DNA of 32,000 nucleotides from Acaryochloris thomasi RCC1774 (GCF_003231495.1 NZ_PQWO01000014.1:1-32000), one strand, 5' to 3'; shown: positions 1-9,908, numbered from the stretch's first letter. The notes: generated by a model not told the origin, from the letters alone. Program-made: numbers and translations.

Positions 1-46
1 CTATCTGCTCCCATTGATCATCGCGCAGAGCATATCGTCGGGGCAT
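1..46 (-). mobile_element. 5' end of an IS5-family-like transposase gene (DUF4096-type N-terminus); partial, continues beyond the left edge
   Basis: The reverse complement of 1-46 reads ATG CCC CGA CGA TAT GCT CTG CGC GAT GAT CAA TGG GAG CAG ATA = MPRRYALRDDQWEQI, preceded by GAGGAG (about 52-57). The Y-x-L-x-D-x-Q-W-E-x-I pattern is the usual start of IS5/IS4-type OrfA proteins. Only 15 codons are visible. Confidence 0.35.
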
Positions 47-117
47 CTCAAAGCTCCTCACAGTAGAAGAGTCTTTAAGATGAAAGATTAATGTAGATAC
101 GTCAAGTTAATTGATGA

Positions 118-1008
118 CACGCCCTAGATGCATCTGCTAGCGAAATTCGGAAACGATATCTAAAAATCGCCCGCAGTCTGCACCCAGATGCTCGTGGACA
201 GGGAGCAGACGTCGCACAGGCGAGTCAGTTGCTTTCTAAGCTAGTCAATCCGGCCTACGAGACGCTTTCGCAAGATAAAGAGCGGGAAGAGTATCGCCTG
301 TTGGTGCGGCTCGTGAGTCAGCGAGTCACGATGGAGCAAAACCAGCAGATGCACACGGTTAAAGCAAAGGAACTGCTCAAAGCCAATGATGTTGGTGTTT
401 TGTACAAGGAAATGGTTGCTGAGCTGGCAGAGGGGCAATACCAGACGTTAGATCATGTTCAAGCTGTTGTTGAGCAGTTAAGCGAGTTGAATCTTGCCTA
501 TTTGATTCGTCAAGAGAGTATGGCGAGTGCGCCACAGCAAAAGTTTGCTACCTCCCAGACCGTCCAGACATCTGCTCCAGAACCGGTGCCACAGCCACCA
601 CCCTCTTCGCCCAAGACGGCGGTGACGTCGCCGCAGGCTGCTCCGGCTCCCAGTAAGCCCCCGGTCGATTCTTTTGTGAGTCAATATGTGCGCCGTGCTG
701 AGGAGTTGATGGCGAAGAATCGCTTTCAACAGGCGATTCAGGAGTTACGCGATGGCTTAAAATTGGATCCTAAAAATAGTCAGTGCCAAAGTTTGCTGGG
801 CAGCATCTATCTCAAACAGAAGCAGACAAAAATGGCTAAGATTCATTTCCGGCAGGCTTTGAAGCTGGAGCCTGGCGATATTGATGCGCTTAAAGGCATG
901 GAGAAAATTGCCAAGCTGGAGAAGGCGGCCCAGGGCACCAGCTCTCAAAGTGCTCAGCAAGCCTCAGGGCGTAAGGGGTTATTTGGGCTGTTTGGTGGCA
1001 AAAAGTAG
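118..1008 (+). CDS. J-domain protein with Pro-rich linker and C-terminal TPR repeats; 5' end unresolved, possibly truncated
   Basis: Frame 1 is open from 118, after a TGA at 115-117. It reads ..LDASASEIRKRYLKIARSLHPD, which is J-domain helix II plus the HPD motif (HPD at 181-189). The first canonical start in frame is the TTG at 229, downstream of HPD. The C-terminus has TPR-like repeats (AEELMAKNRFQQAIQELRDGLKLDPKN, IYLKQKQTKMAKIHFRQALKLEP). Confidence 0.6.
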   Translation, partial: HALDASASEIRKRYLKIARSLHPDARGQGADVAQASQLLSKLVNPAYETLSQDKEREEYRLLVRLVSQRVTMEQNQQMHTVKAKELLKANDVGVLYKEMVAELAEGQYQTLDHVQAVVEQLSELNLAYLIRQESMASAPQQKFATSQTVQTSAPEPVPQPPPSSPKTAVTSPQAAPAPSKPPVDSFVSQYVRRAEELMAKNRFQQAIQELRDGLKLDPKNSQCQSLLGSIYLKQKQTKMAKIHFRQALKLEPGDIDALKGMEKIAKLEKAAQGTSSQSAQQASGRKGLFGLFGGKK

Positions 1009-1442
1009 ATGGAACGCTTGAGTTTGATAATTGCGCAGACGGCGGAGCAGTTGAGTCAACTTACTCTCTTTGGTCACAGAACGAACAATACGAAGCTCAC
1101 AATGTTCTAGACGCTGCAGCATCGATTTTAGGTTGCGATCGCGACTCGCTAGTTTATTGGTCAGACAAGCTGGTTGGCGCAGACAAGAATTACACAGCAC
1201 TCGGTCACTCCTCAGTTAAATAATGGGGGCTTAAACCCCCCGCACCGCATGGCAAAGATGAGGCGTGATTTTACGTCGATTTGATTTTAGCCAACATCCC
1301 ATCAGATGGCACTCTCTATTGTGCGGCATTGTTCAATGTGAAACTGTGCCCCATATCACTTGAAGGCTTGATCTTGAGCCGCTGTGACAAGAGCGGTCTA
1401 ATCAGACTAGAGTAGAAGTAGGTTAACAATTCGCAACCTTTC

Positions 1443-1814
1443 ATGGATTATCCCCGAGCAACGATGACGCGAGCGGTAAGGGCTGTGGCCTGTAGTCCGT
1501 TTGATGTAGAGCTGTTTAAAGCGATGCGATCGCAAAGTATTTCCCTCGCTGAGATTGCCGGACAGCAGGGCATCACGCATCGCTACACCCGTCGCTCCCT
1601 ATCAGAGCAGAAAGTAGAGGGCCTGTTGACGTGGCTCATTGATGTGGGGCTTCTGCGGCGTGAGGTTGACGGTCAAGGTTTGACAGATAGCTTTCGGTTG
1701 ACGCCCCTAGGTCAGCAGCTCCTGCAGCTCTGGCAGCAGCAGAATATCCCGCGCCCTTCCCTTGCGGACTATTGGCGTAATCTCTGCAGCCGCTGGGTGC
1801 GGTGGCCGGTGTAG
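1443..1814 (+). CDS. Conserved cyanobacterial hypothetical protein (I recall it as Npun_F0494-family-like), possibly a winged-helix fold
   Basis: 123-aa ORF with an ATG start. Its stop TAG (1812-1814) abuts the cobQ ATG (1815). The family assignment is from memory and is unverified. Confidence 0.55.
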   Translation: MDYPRATMTRAVRAVACSPFDVELFKAMRSQSISLAEIAGQQGITHRYTRRSLSEQKVEGLLTWLIDVGLLRREVDGQGLTDSFRLTPLGQQLLQLWQQQNIPRPSLADYWRNLCSRWVRWPV

Positions 1815-3323
1815 ATGGGCGCAATCATGGTGGTGGGAACCACCTCCCATGCTGGGAAATCGCTACTCACCGCTGTCATTTGTCGATTGCTGAAGCGTCA
1901 GGGCAAGCGGGTGACTCCCTTTAAAGGGCAAAACATGGCCCTCAACGCCTACGTAACTGCCGCCGGAGAGGAGATGGGACATGCTCAAGCCGTCCAGGCT
2001 TGGGCCGCTGGCGTCGAGCCTCAGGTGGATATGAATCCTATTTTGCTCAAGCCCCAAGGAGATATGACTTCTCAAGTGGTGCTGCAGGGGAAGGTGGTGG
2101 GCCGAGTCCAGGCGGCAGACTACTACCGAGATTATTTTGACCGTGGCTGGCAGGCGATTACCGGGGCGCTGGAGCGACTGCAGCAGGACTTTGACTGGAT
2201 CGTTTGTGAAGGAGCCGGAAGTCCCGCAGAAATTAATCTTAAGCATCGTGATTTGACGAATATGCGTGTGGCCAAGCATCTACAGGCTCCAACGCTGTTG
2301 GTGGCAGACATTGACCGAGGCGGTGTTTTTGCCCATGTCGTCGGAACGCTAGCGCTACTGGAGCCAGATGAACGGGCGCTGGTGCGCGGCATTGTGATCA
2401 ACAAATTCCGGGGGCAGCGCTCCTTGCTAGAGTCGGGGGTGACGTGGCTGGAGGATCGCACGGGAATCCCTGTGGTGGGCGTGATTCCCTGGCTACCCCA
2501 AACGCTGCCTGCAGAGGACTCGCTGAGCCTTTTTGACCGTCGTGCAACAAAGCCAGAGGCTGAGATTACCATTGTCGTCATTCGGCTCCCGCGAGTGGCT
2601 AACTTTACGGACTTTGATCCGTTAGAGTCTGAAGCCAGCGTCAACTTGCGATTTGTAGATCCCTCTGAGCTTTTGGGAACGCCTGATGCGGTAATTTTGC
2701 CCGGGTCAAAAACGACCATTGCCGATCTGCAGGTGCTGCAATCATCTGGGATGGCTGCTCAGATTCAGGCTTACAGCGCGGCGGGTGGCATGGTGTTGGG
2801 CATCTGTGGAGGTCTGCAGATGCTGGGGCAGGTCTTGATTGACACGACCGGCGAAGAGGGCCAGGAAGGAGAATTTCCAGGTCTTGGGCTGTTGCCGCTA
2901 CGAACGGAGATGACGATGGCGAAGATAACCCAGCAACGACAGGTTCTGAGTTGTTCTCTACCGGCCCAATTTGAGGCTCCGTCGGCGGAACGGCCGATTC
3001 ACGGTTACGAAATTCATCAGGGCCAAACGCAGATACTTGATTCCAGTATTGTTCAGCCTTTATTTGACGATCCGACTTTGGGCGTCGTCAGCTTAGAACG
3101 TCTGACGCTCGGCACTTATCTGCACGGCCTGTTGGATAATGGGGCTTGGCGGCGATCTTGGCTCAATCAAATTCGGTGCCGACGCGATCTTTATTCTTTG
3201 CCGACGGATGTGCCTGACTATGAAGAACAGCGCAATCAGATGTTCGATCAGGTAACGGATGCCATTGCGGAGCATCTCGACCTCACGCCCTTGCTGACCC
3301 TAACGCCAACCGATACTCATTAA
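1815..3323 (+). CDS. cobQ: Cobyric acid synthase
   Basis: N-terminal MGAIMVVGTTSHAGKSLL P-loop, central ..ICEGAGSPAEINL.., and a C-terminal glutamine amidotransferase-like region (LGICGGLQMLG). Length is 502 aa. Confidence 0.9.
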   Translation: MGAIMVVGTTSHAGKSLLTAVICRLLKRQGKRVTPFKGQNMALNAYVTAAGEEMGHAQAVQAWAAGVEPQVDMNPILLKPQGDMTSQVVLQGKVVGRVQAADYYRDYFDRGWQAITGALERLQQDFDWIVCEGAGSPAEINLKHRDLTNMRVAKHLQAPTLLVADIDRGGVFAHVVGTLALLEPDERALVRGIVINKFRGQRSLLESGVTWLEDRTGIPVVGVIPWLPQTLPAEDSLSLFDRRATKPEAEITIVVIRLPRVANFTDFDPLESEASVNLRFVDPSELLGTPDAVILPGSKTTIADLQVLQSSGMAAQIQAYSAAGGMVLGICGGLQMLGQVLIDTTGEEGQEGEFPGLGLLPLRTEMTMAKITQQRQVLSCSLPAQFEAPSAERPIHGYEIHQGQTQILDSSIVQPLFDDPTLGVVSLERLTLGTYLHGLLDNGAWRRSWLNQIRCRRDLYSLPTDVPDYEEQRNQMFDQVTDAIAEHLDLTPLLTLTPTDTH

Positions 3324-3326
3324 CCT

Positions 3327-4193
3327 ATGGACAGTTCTGTTCCTGCGACTCTACCGGCATGGATCATTCTTGATCCGATGCTCACCCGCTGGCTGCAAGA
3401 AGATATCGGTCGAGGAGATTTGACCACTCAGGCCCTGGGTCTATCGGAGCAGGGGCAGGCAAAGCTTCTATTTAAGCAGGCAGGATGTGTGGCGGGTCTT
3501 CCTCTAGTGCAAAGGGTATTTTCTCTTCTTGATGGCCACATAAAGCTGATGCCGTTGGTGGCAGAGGGAGAATGGTGCGCCGCAGGCACGGTTGTGGCTG
3601 AGCTTCAGGGGCCGATGGCGCCGCTATTAACAGGGGAACGAGTGGCTCTCAATCTGATCATGCGGCTGAGTGGGATTGCGACTTTGACAAAGCAATATGG
3701 AGATGCGATCGCAACCCTACCCACGCAACTCGTCGATACTCGTAAAACTACCCCTGGCCTCAGATTGCTAGAAAAATACGCCACGAGAATCGGAGGAGCC
3801 AAAAACCATCGTCTGGGCCTCGACGATGCCGTGATGCTCAAAGACAACCATATTCAGGCGGCAGGTGGCATTGGTGCCGCCATTGATCAGGTCCGCACCC
3901 AGATTCCGTATCCCCTTGCCGTTGAGGTGGAGACTGAAACGTTAGAGCAGGTGACAGAAGCCCTAGAGCATGACGTGGATATCATTATGCTCGACAATAT
4001 GCTCCCAGCTCAGATGCAGAAGGCTGTTGGAATGATTCGAGCCTGCAGCACCACAATCAAAATTGAAGCTTCTGGCAACATCACCTTAGACACGATTCGG
4101 GCTGCCGCTGAAACAGGGGTTGACTACATTTCGACGAGCGCCCCGATTACCCAAGCCCCCTGGCTCGATATCAGTCTACGGATGATTGCTTAA
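3327..4193 (+). CDS. nadC: Nicotinate-nucleotide diphosphorylase (quinolinate phosphoribosyltransferase)
   Basis: Motifs GERVALNLIMRLSGIAT, DTRKTTPGLRLLEKYATRIGGAKNHRLGLDDAVMLKDNHI and IMLDNM. Length is 288 aa, 3 nt after cobQ. Confidence 0.9.
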   Translation: MDSSVPATLPAWIILDPMLTRWLQEDIGRGDLTTQALGLSEQGQAKLLFKQAGCVAGLPLVQRVFSLLDGHIKLMPLVAEGEWCAAGTVVAELQGPMAPLLTGERVALNLIMRLSGIATLTKQYGDAIATLPTQLVDTRKTTPGLRLLEKYATRIGGAKNHRLGLDDAVMLKDNHIQAAGGIGAAIDQVRTQIPYPLAVEVETETLEQVTEALEHDVDIIMLDNMLPAQMQKAVGMIRACSTTIKIEASGNITLDTIRAAAETGVDYISTSAPITQAPWLDISLRMIA

Positions 4194-4366
4194 GTCGTCA
4201 TGCACGGTTGTAGGATAGGCTCCTATTAAAATCCCGCGAGGTCAGGCGATCCCGCGACAGGACAGATGTGATCGCCTCAGGGTACACTTGCAATGCGGCG
4301 AGACTCACGAAAAGTCCTGTCGCAACTGCGCTTGATTTATCGTTGCTTGTCAGGTCTAAACCCAAT

Positions 4367-5359
4367 ATGTCTGACCTTCCGTTTACGCTCGATCAGCTCC
4401 GTATTCTCAAAGCGATCGCAGCAGAAGGGAGTTTTAAGCGGGCCGCCGACAGCTTGTATGTCTCTCAACCCGCCGTGAGCCTGCAGGTCCAAAACCTGGA
4501 GCGCCAGCTTGATGTTCCACTTTTTGATCGAGGCGGACGTCGCGCTCAGCTAACTGAAGCTGGGCATCTGCTACTCAACTATGGCGATCGTATTCTCGCC
4601 CTGTGCCAAGAGACCTGCCGAGCTATTGATGATCTGCAAAATCTTCAGGGCGGAACCCTCATTATTGGAGCTAGCCAAACCACCGGCACCTATCTCATGC
4701 CGCGTCTTATTGGTCTGTTTCGCAAAGAATATCCTGAGGTTGCTGTTCAGCTTCATGTACATTCCACCCGCCGCACTTGCTGGAGCGTTGTCAACGGACA
4801 AGTTGATCTCGCCATTATCGGCGGAGAAGTTCCCCCAGAACTCCAGGAATCTCTTGAGATCTCGCCCTATGCTGAAGATGAGCTGGCCTTGATTTTGCCC
4901 GTCTCCCATCCCTTTGCTCGGCGAGAGATTGTACATCGAGAAGATTTATATAAGCTCAACTTTATTGCCCTTGATGCTCAATCAACCATTCGTAAGGTGA
5001 TTGATCAGATTTTGGTGCGGGGCGATATTGACCCCCGTCGTCTCAAGCTAGAAATGGAGCTTAACTCTATTGAAGCGATTAAAAATGCTGTGCAGTCGGG
5101 GCTAGGGGCCGCTTTTGTCTCGATATCAGCCATTGAAAAAGAGCTTGACCTGGGGCTCTTCAAGCAGGTCGCTATTGAAGGTGTCGTAGTGAAGCGGGTT
5201 CTTTCGCTCATCATTAACCCCAATCGCTATCGTTCTAAGGCTGCCAAAACCTTCATGCATGAAATTTTGCCGCAGTTTGCCAGCGTCAGCGCGCGTCTAA
5301 TATCGCTCTCTGAAGTCGAGAAACCACTGTCGGCAACCTCTGGTTCTACGCCTCTATAA
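4367..5359 (+). CDS. rbcR: LysR-family transcriptional regulator, RbcR/Ycf30 type
   Basis: [69 protein letters not shown] is the characteristic RbcR/Ycf30 N-terminus. I place the start at ATG 4367 (codon 34 of the tracked ORF), because the upstream 33 codons are not LysR-like. Confidence 0.8.
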   Translation: MSDLPFTLDQLRILKAIAAEGSFKRAADSLYVSQPAVSLQVQNLERQLDVPLFDRGGRRAQLTEAGHLLLNYGDRILALCQETCRAIDDLQNLQGGTLIIGASQTTGTYLMPRLIGLFRKEYPEVAVQLHVHSTRRTCWSVVNGQVDLAIIGGEVPPELQESLEISPYAEDELALILPVSHPFARREIVHREDLYKLNFIALDAQSTIRKVIDQILVRGDIDPRRLKLEMELNSIEAIKNAVQSGLGAAFVSISAIEKELDLGLFKQVAIEGVVVKRVLSLIINPNRYRSKAAKTFMHEILPQFASVSARLISLSEVEKPLSATSGSTPL

Positions 5360-5483
5360 GCCGGTGACGCATGAGAGATAAGGCGTTCCGATCTCCACCT
5401 AAGGTTAATGAAAGCCTCACCCAAAAGAGCCTACCGAATTTATTTGCAACGTATGTTACACCTGTGATAGCTTGAGAGCCTGA

Positions 5484-5557
5484 GGACGCATAGCTCAGTT
5501 GGTTAGAGCACCACGTTGACATCGTGGGGGTCCCCCGTTCGAGTCGGGGTGTGTCCA
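5484..5557 (+). tRNA. tRNA-Val (anticodon GAC), CCA not encoded
   Basis: GGACGCA acceptor stem pairs with TGTGTCC. D arm is TAGCTCAGTTGGTTAGAGCA. Anticodon stem CCACG/CGTGG encloses loop TTGACAT. T arm is CCCCG TTCGAGT CGGGG. Length is 74 nt. Confidence 0.9.
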
Positions 5558-5916
5558 TCCTTTAAGTGTAAAAATGCTTGTCTGAACGTTTGTTTTCGGA
5601 GCTTGCTGATATCGGATTAAATAAACAGAAAGTTATACAATAATCTGACTCACTTTTGATCTAAGTATGCTATGCTCCACTGACAACTCTAGTCTAGACG
5701 CAGATCTGTTGTTGGCAAATTGCCACAACTCGGGGGAAACAGGCTGCTTCTAAGAGCAACGTTTTGACGTAGCTAGCGTTGTATTTTAGTTCGTGCTTCG
5801 TCCTATCTGCTGCTCCACCAAGGATGTGGGGTTGGTGATGACGATGGATCTTGGATAGGAACGATTTTTTTGAGTCAAATTTTATTGGTAGAGCGGCAGG
5901 ATTAATACGCTGGGGG

Positions 5917-6117
5917 ATGGCAGATATGAGACAAAACACTCAAAACAGGTTGCTGTGCTTTTTGAAAGAAGAACTTTCTTTGCCTAGCGATTCTATTGGC
6001 CTTGCTTTACGACACCTAGAGCAGGATCCTGGTCCGTTGCCTATTGTGCTGTGGCAGTATGGCCTGATTACGCTTGAGCAATTAAATAAGATCTACGACT
6101 GGTTGGAAACGTCATAG
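5917..6117 (+). CDS. DUF2949-like small cyanobacterial protein
   Basis: ..LLCFLKEELSLPSDSIGLALRHLEQDPGPLPIVLWQYGLITLEQLNKIYDWLE fits the DUF2949 pattern (LWQYGLITLEQL..DWL). The start is uncertain: ATG 5917 or 5926 rather than 5851. Confidence 0.6.
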   Translation: MADMRQNTQNRLLCFLKEELSLPSDSIGLALRHLEQDPGPLPIVLWQYGLITLEQLNKIYDWLETS

Positions 6118-7071
6118 AGACTTGACCCAGGCCTTGGGTAAAGAAAGCAGTTTCTGGCGCTTTGGAACGTAGGCCCGTTTGCTGAAGACGTCGTACTGGT
6201 TGTGCTTAATGACGTCTAGGATCCTTCGATATAGGATGAGTGCCGACCAAACTGGCCAACGCGCATTTTTCTCCAGTGATCGGATGCCGTCTTCGGCTTG
6301 GGCGAAAAACTGGTGTGCGCGCTCAATCTGAAACTGCATCAAGGAACGCCACTGGTCGTTGATGACGCCATCAAAGAGTTCCTGTTCGGTATAGCCAAAG
6401 CGCTTTAGATCGTCGAGTGGGAGATAGATCCGACCTCGCCGAGCGTCTTCGCCCACGTCACGCAGAATATTGGTGAGTTGATTGGCGACACCCAGAGCAA
6501 CGGCCTTTTCAATGGGGCTGCCCGGTGTTGTCTCAGGGATGGCCCAGGGTGGCTGCAGGCGATCGCAAAAGGGTTCGATGCCCATGACGGGAGCTGACAT
6601 CAAACCTACGGTACCGGCAACTCGGTAGCAGTAGAGATGCAGTTCCTCAAAGGTGTCATATCGGCTACGCTGCAGATCCATTCGTTGCCCTGCAATCATG
6701 TCTTGAAAGGGCTGAATATCAAGATTAAAGCGTTTGATAGTATCCTGAAGGGCGACATCTTCGCTTTGGATGGGGTGACCAGCAAAAACGGATTCTAGCT
6801 GCTCTTGCCATTGATCCAATGTGGCCGCCAGCTCTTCCGGTGTGGAATTAGCGGCTTGCGGACCATCCATTAGTTCATCTGTCTGGCGACACCAGACATA
6901 AATCGCCCAGATGCCCCGCCGCTTTTCGGGCGTCATTAGCAGCGTGCTGAGGTAAAAGGTTTTGGCATAGTCTGCTGTAACCTGACGACACTGCTCGTAG
7001 GCATCTTCGAGGGAAGACAGGGATTTGACCTGGCTAACCTGGCGTCGTGGCGTTTCAGGCAGTTGTAGCAT
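6112..7071 (-). CDS. crtB: Phytoene synthase
   Basis: Motifs [36 protein letters not shown] and [12 protein letters not shown], plus [18 protein letters not shown]. Its ATG lies inside the last 17 nt of crtP. Confidence 0.9.
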   Translation of the reverse strand: MLQLPETPRRQVSQVKSLSSLEDAYEQCRQVTADYAKTFYLSTLLMTPEKRRGIWAIYVWCRQTDELMDGPQAANSTPEELAATLDQWQEQLESVFAGHPIQSEDVALQDTIKRFNLDIQPFQDMIAGQRMDLQRSRYDTFEELHLYCYRVAGTVGLMSAPVMGIEPFCDRLQPPWAIPETTPGSPIEKAVALGVANQLTNILRDVGEDARRGRIYLPLDDLKRFGYTEQELFDGVINDQWRSLMQFQIERAHQFFAQAEDGIRSLEKNARWPVWSALILYRRILDVIKHNQYDVFSKRAYVPKRQKLLSLPKAWVKSL

Positions 7072-8500
7072 GTGTCAGTGACGGAGAGCGAGACAATGAT
7101 GGAGCAGATTTGCCACTATCGGAGGCAGAGGGATTATTTGCGATCGCATGTGCTGCCAGCTTACCAGAAAGGACCGCTCCCTCCATACTGCCAAGGTATT
7201 CCTGCATGGTGTAGCTTCCGGCCAAAAAGAAGTTGGCGATTGGCGTGGTCTGCACGGGACGACACTGCTGTGAACCCGGTACAGCCTTATAGACTGACCG
7301 AGGCGTAATCACAATTTTCTGCTTTAGTAGCTGGGCTGAGTCGTCACCTTGAAAGTGCTGAGGGAAGAGGTTTTCAAGCTCTGCCATCGTGGCGGCTAGT
7401 ATTTCATCTTCAGACTTAGAAATCCAATCTTTTGCAGGGGCTAAAACTAGCTCCAGCATAGATTTGTTCGGATCGGCATACTCACGACAGGTATTGCTCA
7501 TGTCCGCGTAGACACTTAACAAAGGCGACCGAGAGAACAATAGATTATCAATCTCAGTTAGCTTGCGGTCAAACCACAGATGAATGTTGATCACCGGTAC
7601 GCCTTCTAGTCCCTGCATTTTTTTGAAATAGTCTAGCTTCTGCCAGGGTTCGGGCAGCATGACCTTAAGCGGATCAACGGCCATCGCAGAGACGTAGGCA
7701 TCAGCAGAAACTTCGTAGTCTTCAGCACCCTCAAGACCGCGCATCAAAAAGCTGTTGACGGAGTCATCCTCTTTAAGACGAATTTCCTTGAGAGGGGCAT
7801 TCAAATGAATTTCACCACCGCGTTCAGTGATGTAGTCCACGATGGGTTGACATAGGCGTTCAGGGGGTGAGCCATCTAAGAAGGCGACGCGAGAGCCGTG
7901 CTGCTCTTGCATGAAGTGGTAGAAAGCCGAGAACATCACGGTGGCGGTGATCTCTTCGGGATTAATAAAGTTGAGAGATTTAGAGGCGGCTAAAAAGAGT
8001 TGGTTGGTGACGTTCTCAGGGATGCCGTGTTGATCGCACCATTCAGTCCATGAGTACTTATCCATCTCTTCGGCGTAGGATTGCCCCTTAATCATGGCGG
8101 GCACTAAGCCGACCCCTAAGCGCACCTTCTCCGGCCAAGAGAGCATATCGTTGTTGCGGGCGATTGCCGCCAGGCCATTCCAGGGTGCGGCTACATTCGG
8201 GAAGTCAAATCGAGAGTAAGTTCCTGGCTTGTCTGGCTGGTTGAAGATCATGGTGTGCTCTTTCCACTGCAGCCGATCTTCAATGCCTAACTCTTTAAAG
8301 AGCTGGAGCATATTCGGGTAGGCACCGAAAAAGATATGTAAACCCGTCTCATACCAGTCGCCGTCCTCATCTTTCCAGGCAGCGACAAGGCCACCTAAGA
8401 CATCCCGGCGCTCATAAACGATAGGAGTATGACCATGATCAACTAAATACTTGGCACAGGCTAGCCCAGCTAGGCCACCCCCTGCGATCGCAACTCGCAT
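7055..8500 (-). CDS. crtP: 15-cis-phytoene desaturase
   Basis: [37 protein letters not shown] is a FAD/NAD dinucleotide fold, and the protein is Pds-like throughout. The tracked start at 8509 is a TTG. ATG 8500 has GGAAGGA about 12 nt upstream. Confidence 0.9.
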   Translation of the reverse strand: MRVAIAGGGLAGLACAKYLVDHGHTPIVYERRDVLGGLVAAWKDEDGDWYETGLHIFFGAYPNMLQLFKELGIEDRLQWKEHTMIFNQPDKPGTYSRFDFPNVAAPWNGLAAIARNNDMLSWPEKVRLGVGLVPAMIKGQSYAEEMDKYSWTEWCDQHGIPENVTNQLFLAASKSLNFINPEEITATVMFSAFYHFMQEQHGSRVAFLDGSPPERLCQPIVDYITERGGEIHLNAPLKEIRLKEDDSVNSFLMRGLEGAEDYEVSADAYVSAMAVDPLKVMLPEPWQKLDYFKKMQGLEGVPVINIHLWFDRKLTEIDNLLFSRSPLLSVYADMSNTCREYADPNKSMLELVLAPAKDWISKSEDEILAATMAELENLFPQHFQGDDSAQLLKQKIVITPRSVYKAVPGSQQCRPVQTTPIANFFLAGSYTMQEYLGSMEGAVLSGKLAAHAIANNPSASDSGKSAPSLSRSPSLTHATTA

Positions 8501-8910
8501 GTATTTCAACTATCCTTCCGCGACGCCAATGGGCGCGTCTGCTGTCTTGCAGCCGCTCCGTCACTAATTATACCGTTGCAATCCGTAACATTTCAGGAAT
8601 ATTTAAGATTGCTAGATTTAAATCATCACGGCGAACGTCTGAAACCGTCGGATATAGAAGTACACGTATTGATTAGGACATAAAAATGACTGCAATCTAT
8701 CTGTGCTGAAGAAGGGCTGTCCTAACTCAGCCGGGTACTGCTCTAAGCTCCAGAAATACCGTAGAATTCAATGGACTTCGGGCAGGGTGAGCTGACGATT
8801 GTAGGTTCTCCAAGGGGCGCTGTCATTGAGGGCCTCCGGTTTGAATCGGAAACCCGAAGGCCGACGCTCAAGTCTCCTGCCAAAGAGTCTGCTGTCATCG
8901 TGGGTTTCCC

Positions 8911-9876
8911 ATGCGCATTAAACGCCCCCTCAAAACGATTACTGATGTTCTCGTTTTCAAAACGCCCTTAGAGGCCCAGTTGATTATTACGCGACGCTGC
9001 AATTTGAGCTGTGGCTATTGCACAGAGTACGACCACACCTCAGATCCTGTTCCTCTCGCTGACCTTAAAGATCGAATCGATGCCATTCATCGATTAGGCG
9101 TGATCAATATTTCTTTGCTAGGGGGTGAACCGCTGATGCACCCAGATCTGATGGAAATTATTGAGTATGGCAGTCGTCACAGCCAGGTTTCGATGACGAC
9201 CAATGGTTTTTTGCTCAAGAAAGAGCTGATTGATCGGCTTAATACAGCGGGCCTCAGCAATCTACAGATCAGTATTGATGCTCTGGAGTCTGACCCAACC
9301 CACTATATTCAGAAGTCGCTGAATAAGCTGATCTCAAAGCTAGAGCTGCTCAAGGAGTCTGCTACCTTTGATGTCCATGCCAACGTGGTGATGTGTGAAG
9401 CGACCAAAGAGACGTTTACAGAGACCGTTAACCAGATTCGGGCTTTTGGCTTCTATGTCTCTGTGGGGCTAATCCATAATGATCAGGGGCAAGTTCAAGT
9501 GCAGGGCGATGACTACATAAATCTCTGGGACCAGCACTTTGCCAATCGTGCGTCTCATACGAGCCTAGATTATGATTACGGTCGTCAATTACTGCAGGGG
9601 CAGCAGCCAGAGTGGATCTGCCGTGCGGGATCTCGATTTCTCTATATTGATGAATTTGGACTGACGCAGTACTGCTCTTCACAGCGTAATCGCCTAAATA
9701 AGCCGATCACGGACTACACCCGTGCAGATTTGCAGGCGCAGTTTAAAGAGCGAAAGGGCTGTGAGTCGGGCTGCTCTATTCTCTGTGTCTATCGCGACTC
9801 GATGCTCGATAATCAGCCGCTGGCAATGGTCAAAGATGCTTATCAATCCTGGCAAAGTGGCTCTATTTCTTTCTGA
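8911..9876 (+). CDS. Radical SAM protein with a C-terminal SPASM/twitch-like cysteine cluster; substrate unknown
   Basis: CNLSCGYC (CxxxCxxC) at residues 30-37 and GGEPLMHP. C-terminal C-x19-C (ICRAGSRFLYIDEFGLTQYC) and CESGCSILC. Confidence 0.8.
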   Translation: MRIKRPLKTITDVLVFKTPLEAQLIITRRCNLSCGYCTEYDHTSDPVPLADLKDRIDAIHRLGVINISLLGGEPLMHPDLMEIIEYGSRHSQVSMTTNGFLLKKELIDRLNTAGLSNLQISIDALESDPTHYIQKSLNKLISKLELLKESATFDVHANVVMCEATKETFTETVNQIRAFGFYVSVGLIHNDQGQVQVQGDDYINLWDQHFANRASHTSLDYDYGRQLLQGQQPEWICRAGSRFLYIDEFGLTQYCSSQRNRLNKPITDYTRADLQAQFKERKGCESGCSILCVYRDSMLDNQPLAMVKDAYQSWQSGSISF

Positions 9877-9908
9877 GGAAATATCTATACGTGATCTCCT
9901 GATTCAGA

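Noticed and set aside
979-1200. 73-aa minus-strand ORF (GTG start) and the 33-aa plus-strand ORF at 1009-1110
   Set aside because: Neither has a recognisable motif. The composition is Arg/Leu/Cys-rich, the minus ORF overlaps the end of the J-domain/TPR gene, and there is no convincing RBS. I cannot support either as a gene.
1225-1241. GC hairpin GGGGG-CTTAAA-CCCCCC
   Set aside because: The stem-loop is real. It has no adjacent U-tract on the + strand, lies 215 nt beyond the J-gene stop, and is too short to assign a function.
1201-1442. Possible cobalamin riboswitch upstream of the Npun_F0494-like/cobQ pair
   Set aside because: I looked for the B12-box (AGYCMGGAGACCKGCC-like) and the GGTGAAA..TCC / GCCACTG core elements. 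I found only weak fragments (GTGAAACTGTGCCCC, GCCGCTG). The conserved core is absent, so there is no support.
1863-2719. Long antisense ORFs (138 and 195 aa) on the minus strand within cobQ
   Set aside because: They lie entirely inside a confidently identified GC-rich gene. Their Ser/Arg/Pro-rich translations are typical of shadow ORFs in GC-rich coding sequence, and they carry no motif. The same applies to the antisense ORFs inside nadC, rbcR, the J-domain gene, the DAGK-like gene and the Wzy-like gene.
5346-5558. 70-aa minus-strand ORF
   Set aside because: It overlaps the complete tRNA-Val gene (5484-5557). The ORF is an artefact of the tRNA antisense sequence.
5708-5729. Palindrome GTTG-t-TGGCAA-A-TTGCCA-CAAC between tRNA-Val and the DUF2949 gene
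   Set aside because: The arms are short (6 bp perfect plus 4 bp with a bulge). It matches no binding-site consensus I know and has no U-tract. It is too weak to interpret.
6112-6117. Convergent DUF2949 and crtB genes overlap by 6 nt at their stop codons (TCATAG)
   Set aside because: The overlap is real, but small convergent stop overlaps are common in compact bacterial genomes and need no special explanation.
8771-8971. 66-aa ORF upstream of the radical SAM gene, considered as a RiPP precursor
   Set aside because: It overlaps the radical SAM start by 61 nt in a different frame. It has no leader/core organisation and no Cys/Gly-rich core, and it sits in the crtP divergent promoter region.
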